From assembly GCF_036588685.1 (NCBI RefSeq), contig NC_086378.1, forward strand, positions 61,566,001 through 61,630,000: DNA of 64,000 bases, written 5' to 3'. Source of the DNA: Mytilus trossulus. Taxonomy: Eukaryota. Positions 39,301 to 51,500 of the stretch are shown here, in pieces; the first letter of the stretch is position 1, and each line of letters opens with the position of its first letter. The translations under genes and the position numbers were made by a program. The notes under the pieces are model-generated. The model saw only the letters and a program-made list of their open reading frames with translations. It did not search any database and was not told the DNA's origin.

Positions 39301-42300
39301 ATAAATGTAGATAGAATTGGATTAGATGTACAACAAATAAAAGATGTATAATGCGCTATGGTTTCAATGTGAAAAATCATTATAATGATTTGAATGATTG
39401 TCAAATGAGAAATTTGATTTTCATCAGGGAGCAACATATTGTTTCCTTTATATTCCTTAAGTTTCATGTCCTTTGTTTAAAAATTAGTCAGGTCTATTGT
39501 AAAGACCGAATTTTACAGTACTTTCTTTATTGTTTAAATAGTATGTATAAAGGTCAAATGTGGACGTACATATTTATATGTTTCAAACTTAATAAAAGTT
39601 TTCCGTTTGTAGAAAACATTTTACGTGCCTTTTACTTTTAACTCAGTCGATGCATTTGCTACCATGCTACCATGTTTCCTTTCATCAACGACGGTGCAAT
39701 AGTATGACCCTATGTCTGCGTAAGAGCTATTGCTGACTGTTAATACGGTTGTAATATTTGAGGTGATTGATCCTATAATTATCGTTTTCTCGTCTTTTCC
39801 ATTCATAAATTGCCAGTTCCCAAAGGCAAAGGGATGTTGTAAACCAGGTACATGGCATGTCAATGTTGTTGTGTTGCCAAAGATAGTTGTGTAAAAAGGT
39901 GATAACTCGAATGCTGGATCATCTTAGAAAAAGACAAGGCATGTTGTGAATCAGATAATCAATGTAAGTCATTCGCAAAATTTCTGCATTAACTATCGCT
40001 TCAGATGTTTTGTTCCATTACTGACGGATTGCAACATGCAAACAACTTCAAACGATTTTCGCTTTTTATCAGTTTATCACATGCACAATTGAACATAGCA
40101 ATTGTCTTAAATATATAAACATAATAAGGTTTTTTGGGGGTTAGGTTTGTGTTTATCGTAGCACACCTAAAATTATTCTGAAGTAAAAAAAAATGTCAAT
40201 TGCCTTTATTTTTCAAAAGGTCGATGTAGTTTGTTTTAGGAAAATATCTTCAAGTTTTATTCTACATCATAATCCATGTTGATGTTAAAGATAATTTGAT
40301 CGTGATCGTTTATAGGTTTTAAACTGCTTGAATATCAAAATTGCACAATAAAGACAGTTTATTCAATATCCATACATGTTTATTTTCACATGGAATTATT
40401 ATAACATGTATTGGTTATACTTACATTGGTTAATAACGAGTTGAATCTTAGAGGTCACATCGATGCTCATATCCTCCGATTGAGCTGTACACGTGCATTT
40501 TGTTCCATGTTTGTCTATACCAATAGTAACATTTAAATCAAGACAGGTAACATTGTCAATTTGTTGTGATACGTATTCACCATGGCACTGCAAGGATAGA
40601 TTAGTTCTAGGGCTGTCTACTTTTCCAATACAACACTTAAATTCAATATTTTCACCATCAACATATGGCCCAGGTGGTGATATGGTAGTGAAGTTGTCTG
40701 TATACATAGAAATAGAGCCACTCATAATAATGTTAATTATTGTTTAATCGATTTTATCTAGTTTATTTTTTAATTCAATATACCACGTCATGTTTGAAAT
40801 AACATTTGAAAATTCATCATCTGACTTTAAGTACAGATGATTGAACTTCATAATCATTTTTTTTTTTATCTGAACTTGAAGCTAATCAAGAAGTGGTTCA
40901 TCCAAACAATTACTGCTCGTTAATTGTGTTTATTCGATTTCCATTCGTATTTTAACATGAGTACGATCGCCCAACCCTCTTTGTAGAAGCGTCATTGCTT
41001 TAACACTCCATGACAGTTTTAAATTGTTTGTTTAAAACTACGAATTAACGTAATGCAAACATTCTATCTAATGAACAATATTTTATTAATGTCGAATACG
41101 CGCCAATATTTCATAAATAACGCAAACCTGAGTATATAACGGGATAGAATGTTGTTTCCTGCTCATAGTCATTTTGTGATTGAATAACTACACATGTACA
41201 AAGTGAATTCACCATGTGAGAGTCCATTCTCAAATAAAGGGTAGATTTAACAACTCTGTCTAAACCCATTTTCTCTGTTCCATTGTTACCATTGCAAGAA
41301 AATATCATTCTTGGAACTGGATTTCCCCCAATCGATTTACATGTAAGGTTAACCTCCTGTGTAAGGAAGAATGGACCTTCTGGTTTAATGGTGGGTTTAC
41401 TAGGAAAATCTATAAATTGATAAACTATAAAATTGAATAAACACGTATACACACAATCGTTTAAAATTCAGTATGAGGGAATATGGATGCATGATATTGA
41501 AGTTATTCTATCAAAATATTGTATATTGGATCAGAAGTTCGAAATAAACCGAAACAGCATAGAAAGTTAAGCAAAAAATTGCAATATGATAATGGACCAT
41601 AGGACCTTGCCTACTTAAACGTGTGGTCATTCCGATCGATCTGATTCAATTCAACTGTTTTTACAATAGTGTAATTCAGCAGTGACTTTCTAATTAGAAA
41701 AAAACAAATTAAATATACGCCGTTTTGATTTTCTTTGTTTTCATATTTGTTTGTTTTTGTAGTGATTAAGATAACAACACACTGTTGCATGCTGTATCCA
41801 CATTTTTGATATCTTTAACAAATATGTCTGTTCAAATATTGTTGTCAATATAATAGAGTTTTATGCGACTGCCATATAAGTGAGAAGTTTAGCTAGCCAT
41901 AAAACAAGTTATTATCCACCTTTTGATACATTCGGAAATGCACGTAGCAAGCTAGCAATATAACAGTTGTTTTTAATTCGTTTGATGTGTTTGAGCTTTG
42001 ACTTTGCCATATTAAAAGAAACTTCGCGTTTTGAATAAATTTTCAGTACGTTTTATTTTGTTCTACATCTTAAATTTATTGCGGCATATTGGGTTTGTCA
42101 TTTAAATACATAATGCTGGGTCCAGCCAACTTTTCCAGGATATACAATTGCAATATGTTACAGTTCCGTCGGATGTTCGATCCTATATTGAAAAATGTCA
42201 CGAAGCCAAAATAATGGAAAACCAAATCTTATTAAGGACACTAAAAGCTTATTTACCATTAAGGAAAACAACTAAAGAAAAATAGTTTTTCTAATTTTGT

Positions 42301-43432
42301 TTTGATAATAGCATTCCTGATAGTAACCAATATTTAAGAAGTTCATATATTGATCCTTTTTTTATGATGTTATACATTTTCTTACCTGATACTCTGATCG
42401 TGGTGGTTTTATTGATGACGTTTTCTGTAGACGACCGATATTTACAGATCATTTGTTGCTGACCAGTAACATGAACATTATGCACATTCAGTGTATACAA
42501 GCACTGATTCGAATTACATGAAAACACATATCCTGTTATTCTGTGTACAAATGTTTCATTGCATATTCCACTGAATAATTTTTCAGCATTCCCAAAAGAT
42601 AGCAGAACACTGCCAGTCTCATTGCATGGTCTAACAGAACAGATGAATGCAAGGTTACTTCCAGTATGAACTAAGGTGCCATTTTTTGGTGACAAATTTA
42701 GTTCATGCTGTTCCATGCCTAAAATAGTACAATAAGGTCATAATAAAGTAATAGAACAAATAAGTTTTATTTGCTCCAACGATAATTCATTTCTGGTATT
42801 ATTGACTTATCAATATTATAAGTGGCGTATGTGAGACTTAAACAAGACTAATAATCAACATTTTTGATTTTATACTGAAAACACTTTACTAAAAGGACAA
42901 TGATAGTATAATTTATTAACATGAGATTTGATAATGCTAATAAAGCTGTATTCCTAATACTGAATTATAGGACATATTCCCAGAGAGATTACCTTTGCTA
43001 ATTTCACGATATCGATAAATTCCTAAATATTCTTTTAGAATGATAATACTTAGAGGGGGAAAAATTGTAAAGTACATATGGTGGAGAGATTTTGTCTCCA
43101 AAAAACGCAAAATTAAAACAAAAACCACTGAAATATCTGTACTAGTTGTTGCGTTGTTAATTTTCCTCACCACAAACTTTGGGATTATGGCTATAATATA
43201 TGAAGTAAGATTCACAATTAATTATAATCGCTACGCTAATTATATGAACTAAGTGCTATCGCTATTACATATAATATCTTCAAATACTCATTTAAAACAC
43301 CTAGATTTATCAAATAACAACTGCTGACCCCGTTCACCCTGTCCACACTAAAAAGATATAAATGCACAAAACACAAGTAATTACAAACTTACCAATGATG
43401 AAGATAGCTGTTACTAGTATAATTAGCTTCAT
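30387..43432 (-). CDS. Type I membrane receptor, paralog A: signal peptide, 8 Ig-like domains, TM, ITIM-bearing tail (~896 aa, 13 exons)
   Basis: Exons 43432-43393 (MKLIILVTAIFII), 42718-42386, 41409-41128, 40697-40425, 39922-39629 (GC donor), 39290-39000, 38610-38335, 37389-37102, 34260-33940, 33176-33081 (TM VLIISLIIATGIFIAGLIITIC), 31975-31942, 31073-30997, 30472-30387. Domain exons are phase 1-1 and the total of 2691 nt is in frame. Ig signatures LTCKSIGGNP, FGNW..DIGSYYC, IIWYKNG. Confidence 0.85.
34751..34796 (-). ncRNA. Minimal type I hammerhead ribozyme motif (PLE-associated), core variant
   Basis: Minus strand GCGUCA-CGGAUGA-GUCU-UAUGU-AGAC-GAAA-CGCGCG-UC-UGGCGU. Stems I and II pair and stem III is a short palindrome. 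The core reads CGGAUGA instead of CUGAUGA. Confidence 0.7.
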
Positions 43433-43557
43433 AATCGTTTTTTTGTGTGAAAAGAAATACTTTGTCGGATCAGTTAAAGTCAGCGGTTTTGGTCTTACAT
43501 TTACATTTTCATGTGAATGTTAACATCCCGGAAATGATAGCATGTTTCAAATACCAA

Positions 43558-43655
43558 ATGAGGAAACTATGCCAGACTCAATTACATAAGGAAACGGGGT
43601 CAAACGGAACTCAACAAGCACCAATATGAATTGCTTTTATTTCCTTAATTTTATT
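43558..43655 (-). promoter_or_regulatory. Conserved upstream block of receptor A (paralogous to 62812-62880)
   Basis: GAGGAAACTA..GGTCAAACGGAACT..GCAC..ATG.ATT..TTTATTTCC.TAATT is shared by both paralogs ~130-210 bp upstream of the ATG. Confidence 0.6.
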
Positions 43656-44728
43656 CAATTTTGTATTTCATGTTTTTTATTTTCATTTTTGTTTATACAG
43701 ATTTATGTTCATTAGGAAGTTGCGATTCTGATTTTGAATAATCGCAACATCTGTTTGCTATTTCTATGGAATTTTTGGACAATTTCAGCTTTTTGTTTTA
43801 AATTCTTCTTAGAATACTGAAACGTATTTTTTTTTTATGGAAAAATATTAGTTAAATTGTATATGTAACATTCTATTAGAACATTTCAAATCCCTTTCAA
43901 ACACGTCATTATTGTATACTGAAACATTTTGATAATATATAATAATATTTGTCATTTGTATTATTTTAGCAAAGTTTTAACAAGTATGTATGTGTATAAA
44001 ATTGGTGTTGTCAAGTTTGTTATGGGAAACGTGATCCATTGACAACTCTCTTTACTTATTGGGTCCTTATTGGGTCCTTTTTCTTTTATATCAACAAGGG
44101 CATCCAAGTATAATTTGCTCTTACCTTACATAACGGTGTCTATTGATTTGAAAATTGCCTTGATGAACCTGTTCAACTAAGCCAAATGTACCAAGACAGA
44201 AATATTTCGTCAGTTAATATCTTTGGTTGAAAGTTGTTTGACATTTAGGGAAATTTGTAGTAATGGAGTATATCCTAAAAATAACGTTTTTGACCCGGCG
44301 GAAATTGAGACCTAAGCATATTGCATAATAATTCTTATATCATTTGTATATTAGCGAATACGTTTATATGATGGTCGAGAGGACTTCCGGAAATGGCTCT
44401 TGACGTTGTTTATTTTTCGAAAGTCGACATTGACAGAACTAATTTTTGTAACCAATGTAAACAAGATAGCGGCGACGATATCAGATATCCGGCTTGACGT
44501 TGCAAATATGTAGTTTTAATTCTCGTTTATTGGTTAGTTTAATATTAAACACAAACCATTCGTTTGAATAATAATATTAAGATGTTTTGTAGTTTATTTT
44601 CTATCGGATATAAAATTTCAGGGAGTAAATATTTTTCCAACAAATATATTCATGCATCGGTCAATTCAATGATACACATACTACTTTGGTTTGATAGAGG
44701 TTGATTTTTACTGTTTATATTTTTTTTT

Positions 44729-45205
44729 ATATGGGGACGAAGTCCCCAATAACAGTAGAAAAATAAAAAAAATTTAAAAAAACAATCGGAATAATTTCCC
44801 CGAATTTTTCATTGTTCTAAATGTACTAAAAATCGTTCAAACTTTTTTTTTGTCGCGTTTTTAATTTCCGGATCTGTGTAGAACGTAGAAATCTACTTCC
44901 TTCTTCCGGTCTTGTTGTCGTGAGACTTTGATTAGTATAGTTAAATATAGGAACTCAAGGAACACAATACCTATATTTCATTTTTAATCATTCTTTGTCT
45001 ATGATATGAATAAACGTTACCTGATATATTGCGTTTCTTTGTTTACATTGAGCATGACGTCAGAACTTAAATGACGTCACAAGTAAAATCCCTAACAACA
45101 GAACCAAAATCGGAAACGTTCTACGGTTTTTCTGTTTCCTTTTTTTAAACAAATATTTAAGTTTCAGACTTTGTCCCCATTCACAGGTAATGCCTGCCTC
45201 ATATT
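44729..45205 (+). mobile_element. HINE/DINE-1-like (Helentron-associated) non-autonomous element
   Basis: 5' palindrome GGGGAC-GAA-GTCCCC, subterminal inverted copy GACTTTGTCCCCAT (45167-45180), 3' hairpin CAGG-TAATG-CCTG, T-rich flanks. Confidence 0.6.
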
Positions 45206-45233
45206 ATTTTTTTTATCTCCAATTTTATAGCAT

Positions 45234-45405
45234 TATAAGGATTAAACGTCTTTTTAAATGAATCTATTGGTGTACAAACTGGACCAAGTCATTCACAACC
45301 ATAGCATAAAAGTCCGAAAATTTCTTTGGACTTTTATTTGTTTTGTGAGTGACTTGGTCGAGATAATACACCAATAAATTCTTTTAAAAAAGCGTTTAAT
45401 TCTAT
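45234..45405. mobile_element. Small degenerate foldback MITE
   Basis: ATTAAACG..ATTGGTGTA..GACCAAGTCA..AAAAGTCC mirrored by GGACTTTT..TGACTTGGTC..TACACCAAT..CGTTTAAT. Confidence 0.6.
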
Positions 45406-47879
45406 AAAATTTTAAAAAGTTGACCATAAGATGTATTTCTGCGCTTTTATGTTGTTGTGGCGATGTCTCATTTCCATAAACCTAATTCTCCATTTCTCCA
45501 TGAACTATTTTCCAAGTTTGAAAAAAATGGTCATATCATCTTTGACCTAATTAGGTCATTGTGCCCTGTAGACATTATTCAAGCATTTATCTGTATTGCT
45601 ATGTCTATTATTTAACACCACACCTGACACAGAAATATATTAGTTTTATCATTTACCACATTTGTAAGATCTGGAATAGAATCCCAGTTACGTACGTTAC
45701 CCACAAATGTAGTTCTTCAAAAAAATAGATATCAAACTTTTATCTAAACTGGTGTTATGTTATTATTACACAAGTTCTGAAAAATGAATGTAAATCTATT
45801 AAAAAAAGTAGGCTTACTAGTTTGAATTTCTGTAAGAAAATTGATTGATTTAAATGGAATCTGGCGTCAGTAAACAGAGTAAATTGCTTCAATTCTAACC
45901 TTTATTCTTCCCCGGAAGTAGACACCCGTTTGTCAGGAAAACAAAATTTTGCAACGGAATTCCGGTCATGGGGCACCGAGATTGTACTTCGAAAATTGCA
46001 AAACAAATGCAAAAGATGAACCAGAAGTCCAAAGGTGTTTTTCAAAATAATTAATTGAACAGCACCTTATGTATTTATTATTATTTTCAATGCGTTTCAA
46101 TGAGGCAAATAATTTAGTTCCCGTTCCATCTGTGACCGGAAAACCACCTAAATTAATATCTTCATTCCCTTTTCCTACGTACTGACGTTCAAGTATTTCG
46201 ACTTAATTTAATTTTGTTTAACACAAATCAAGATAACTGAAAGAGAATAATCGGAATCAAGCAAATAAGTAATAATGAACACAAAGGTAGTATATTGATA
46301 TCAACTCAAATTTGATACATTTATTTAAGAACTTAACGCTTCTTTTTGCAGTTTTATTTGGAAATAAAAGCATTTGAATAACATCTCAATGGTACCCGGG
46401 CAATTTAAATGCAATATTTGCGCATTTTGTACAGTTAACGTAACTTTGGTTATGATCAAAGACAAAAAAAATGAAATATGAAGCGCGAATACTAATTATG
46501 TGCAAGGTAAAAGAACGCTTCATAACCATACAAAGTTACTCAAAGAAACAATAATTACCATTTTACAAGAAAGTGTATACTATAAAGTGTATGTATCATG
46601 AACTACAAACATTTTGTCTTTATTAGACTATTTATTTAGTATGTTGATTGGATTTTTAAGTCGGTTGTGTTATATGTCTGTAACTAATGACTACTCAATT
46701 TTGTATGGTTCATTCTATTTATTATCACATAAACAACGTTAACAAGGAGATGTACGATAACATCCAATAAGACAACGACCCAAAGTTCTAATGAAGTGGA
46801 TATAGGCAATTATAGATAACAGTCAACAATGAGAAACAAACTTATACAGTATTGTCTGCTCAAAAATAAAAGAAATGTAACGGCTTAACTAATAACAAAA
46901 CATTGTTCGAAAAACATATAACACAGCTATCTATCGATATAACATAATTATAAACAAATGTCATACAAGTGAGAGGTTAAGCTATATATCAATTACTATA
47001 TGATAATTGTTATCAATTCGTTCCATTGGTTAATAAAGTATAATTTAGATTTCGGCAGTTTTTGTGGACATTGTCTTTTTAATTCAGTTTTTTAGCAGCC
47101 ATTCAAATCAATTTGACATTAGATGTTGGCTACATGAAACTAATATAAGATTTCATTTCACACAACACGTATTTCTGGAATATCCTAATTCTGATATACT
47201 CACGACATTTTTTTTTAAAACGAAATATTAAACGTATTTAACACATTTTTTTTTCTGCAACGAGTGATTTTAATACAGAAAACTAAAATTGAGATAAACA
47301 AGTAATAATTCATCAAAATTATTCATTGATTAGAGTTTTTAAGCAAATTATTAACGATTTAGATAGGGTTGTTTTTAACAAACTGTTAAAGGGATTTCAA
47401 ATTTAGTTATTATCGAAATGAAACAATGATGAAGTTATTGAAGGATATAGGCAAGTGGTTTATTACGTACCGACGTTCGTCAAAGACATTAATAACATTT
47501 TATATGAAAGGAAATAGTATCTAAAATACCTAATTTTCTCCAAAATGAATCCTTTCAAAAATATATTAGTAGTCATATTCCATAGTATAGTCTGAGGTCA
47601 TTTGCTGAGGTCATTTGATACAATAGTTTTTCTTGAGAGATTTGAGGACGGATGGAAGTATGAAAATATGTGCTATTTATTTTGAAGATAGAGAGGTAGA
47701 TGGGTAGCATGCAGGTATATTTGATTATATTGATGTCTATCTGATAATACCTGAACAAAATACATTAGAGTTATCTCTCTTTGCTTAAACTCTTTGAAAG
47801 GAAAATTTCTATGTTATTATATTTTAGGAAAAGATCTTTTCAAAGTAAAATACGAGTTGAAAACGTCATTTCCAAATTT

Positions 47880-47927
47880 ACGTCACTGATGAGTGTTTTT
47901 TCTTAGACAAAAAGCTCGTCTGGCGTA
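47880..47927 (+). ncRNA. Degenerate copy of the same hammerhead motif
   Basis: ACGTCA-CTGATGA-GTGT..AGAC-AAAA-AGCTCG-TC-TGGCGT. CUGAUGA is intact but GAAA has become AAAA. Confidence 0.55.
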
Positions 47928-48500
47928 CACAGTTTCAATCTCTGATGATCAGTTATTACTATCTATTATATACAATTTTTTTTGCGTCTTTGTTCAATTG
48001 ATTCGGAAGTTTGTTTGCATTTTTTGTAATCAGTTGTGGTGTATTGCTTCTGGATCCCAATTATTGTCATTTCAACTTACAGAAATTGTTTTTGTTGCTT
48101 TCCCAATTTTATAATTTTAACGGAACAACTGACATACAAGTAAATCTAGGCATAATCCTTGTGTATTCACCATTTCTTCGGGAAATGTCTGAACCAAATC
48201 AAGAATATGGCAATTGTTTTTCACTTGTTCCGTTATTGATTATGCTTTAATATGCCAGTTTTTATGGATTGCTACTTTTTGAGTTTTCCCGAAGCTTGTT
48301 ATTTTCGTAATACTTTTTAATAGTTACAAATATAATACAAAAATGCAGTTCCAGACTAATTTTTATCTTATAATAATAACAAGCTGATGAAAAAAACCTA
48401 TGCCAATTTAATATTAAATAGTTTAAATATACAATGAAAATAACTTTAAGTTTTACGATTGTGTACTGTATCAAAAGTTTTCATCGTTTTTCCAATATTT

Positions 48501-51500
48501 TCATTCTCTATCAAATGGTATCTGCTCATATTCATTTTCTGATATTGCATATCTATTTTGCCCTGTAGTTTCTTCATCTGCCTGTCCTGAAACGACCCCA
48601 CATAGACACATACAAATAATTTATAAGACAAAGAACGATTAAAACGCGTGTTTCTGGTGTGTCATTGTTCTCCTCTTATATTTGTTGAGTTTCCCTCAGT
48701 TTTAGATTGTAACCCGGATTTGTTTTTTCTCAACCGATTTATGATTTTCGAACATCGGTATACTTCTGAGTCCTTTAAGTCACATTTGTTAACATGATCA
48801 TAATGTTTGTTATATTACTGTATCCTTTTTGATTCACATTATTCAACGGTATATAAGAAAATATGAAAAATAGGAAAATATTGTCCTTTGTAGCGACAAA
48901 AATATAATTCTCTAAAAGAGGGGCGACTGATACCAGATCGACATGTCAAACTTATAGATCGATAATAAACTGACAACACCATGGCTATAGAAAGTGCTGC
49001 TTTTCCTATAACAATCTTAAACACAATATCTTTATGATATATTTGTACTCTATTATTCTGTTTAACATATTTCATAATTTAAAGAAACATGCCATATGTC
49101 ACTTCTTTATTTTTTTCATATTTAAGGGCATTGGATTTGTTTGCTGTCTCAATGACTTAAACCCAAGTTTTACTATTTCCTATCATTCATGGAACATTTA
49201 AAGAAACATTTAATATAGAAGCAACGATTTTTCAAATAACTGTTTATTAAGATGAAGATCTACATTGTACAAATACGAGCTCTTATTTGTTTGAAATCTT
49301 CAGATGAATACATCATATTTAATATAAAAAGTTTGATGACACGCGAAAGAACATAAATATCTCAGTAAGCGTTATATAAGGAATCATACTTAAATTCTCA
49401 ATAAACATATCAATTTCTTCATAAAACTGGGTATCAATTCGTCGTCCCACTACAGCATTACCAGTATATAGACTGAAACATTATATAGTACTGTAGTAGT
49501 TATTAGGGTTGTCATATCTTAGTTGTATTTCATATCTTATAATATTATGCTTAAATATGTGTCAGAGGCACGGTTCATGTATGTAAGTCATACACCTGTC
49601 CTACTTGCAAATTTACCGATTCTAAAAGCACCATCTGAGGCATCTGTGCTGATCGTGTTGTTATAACTATAGTTTTGTGTACAGTGTTTTATTGCATGCA
49701 TTTCGCTTTTGCTTTTAACTGTATATGTCTCTCTTTGACAAACGTCTCCTGGTTCACATTAACTACCTACTAATCTCATTAACATATAACAATATTCTCA
49801 ACTGAACAACACAAAGAAGTAATTGATTTTGAAAGCTGACTTTATGATGCTTTCTCACTGCAATGTGATTAGGAAGATAATTTATAATGGTTTTATTTTA
49901 CAAATATTTGCTGTAATAATCCGCTTGATATCATTTGAAATGAAGATATTTATTTATATCATGATTATTTAAAAGATCAGGATTTCAAATGCAAGTATCA
50001 TGGTCTTGTAATACTTTGTATTCATTCTTGATATGGAATTACCTTTTTTTGTTGAACCGGTATTTCTTTTTTCTTCCTTTATATGAAATAGATAAGTTAT
50101 AACACTCTGTATTGGTGTGATTAATGCTTACAATGTTATATAATGCAGTTTTAACAGTGTGCACAAATAGACATTTTTCGCTTAATAAATCATGGTATGA
50201 AGAAATATAATTACTGAGAAACTAGAAAGAAAAGTCGCGATACTGAACATTTCATTTCAATCCAAACATTTTAACTTCATTACAGTTTCTAAATCCAAAT
50301 ATTAAAATGCAATACTCTTTTTCAGTTTAAAACTTGAAAAGGCATCGAAAACTCGTGGTATGAAATAGGAAATCGTTGTAAAGATATACAAAACTTAGTG
50401 GACGTTTCAAAATTAACAAGTGTGGTAACATTTTGCGTCCTCAAGATAAGATATACTTTCTTTATTTAGTCAAGAAACAGCTACCAAAAATAAAGTATAG
50501 CAAATTGCAATACCCATTAGTCATTGTTGAAGGCTGTAAAGTGACCTTTTCATGTTAAGACCATCGTGCCATGCATATCACACCCCATATCCTCTTTTTC
50601 ATATCAAATTAATAATTATATTACTGCCTTACTACTGAATGCAAGTGATTTGTTTAGTTTGTGTGTAACTAATTAACTCCATATCAGTAAAGAGGAAAGA
50701 CAAACAAACAAACTACAGTAAAAAAAGGCCAACATAACAATCATAATTTTGATTTAGAATTTCGCCTTAGTATCTCCTTTGTCTTTTTTATTACTCAACA
50801 CAAGTTGCACTATATGGTATCTTTACCTTTCGGTTTAACACGAATAGTGATTTGACATACCTTTGGTTGCTCTACATATAATTATGATCAGTCCTGTAAT
50901 AACAATTCCTGTTGCTATAAGCAGTGACATTATTAACACTGTGTGTACTGTGTTATCTAGTATAGAAACAAGTATGAATATTCATTGAGCGGAATCTATA
51001 ATATTAACTTATAATAGTCAATAATCGATTTGAAAATATAACTGAACATATCATATATGTGTTTCTCGTTAATAAACGTAGGGAAATGCACTGCTATATC
51101 AATATGTAAAAAAATAAACAAATATATCCTTAGAGTATATTCGAATCATGATATTCATACACTGCTATCATAAATAGCTCTCACTCTGGTGATTAAAATG
51201 TGTGTCACATTTTGCGATGGCGCTGTTAGGATCCCTTCGAATTTAAAAGTCCATTACTATCTTCCTGACAGTTGATGTTCATTTGTGTCATTGTGTTTGG
51301 GCTTTTGATATTCAAAGTCTATCAAGGACTTTCCATTTTGAATTTTCCTCTGAGTTCGGTATTTTTGTTATTTTACTTTTCACATTAAAGGCAACAATAG
51401 TTTACCGATCTGATATGCCAAACGCCATTCGATGATCAAGGGTGTGTTACAGCTGCGATAATATGGGAATTTTAATGAAATGTTCATATAATTGATTTTT

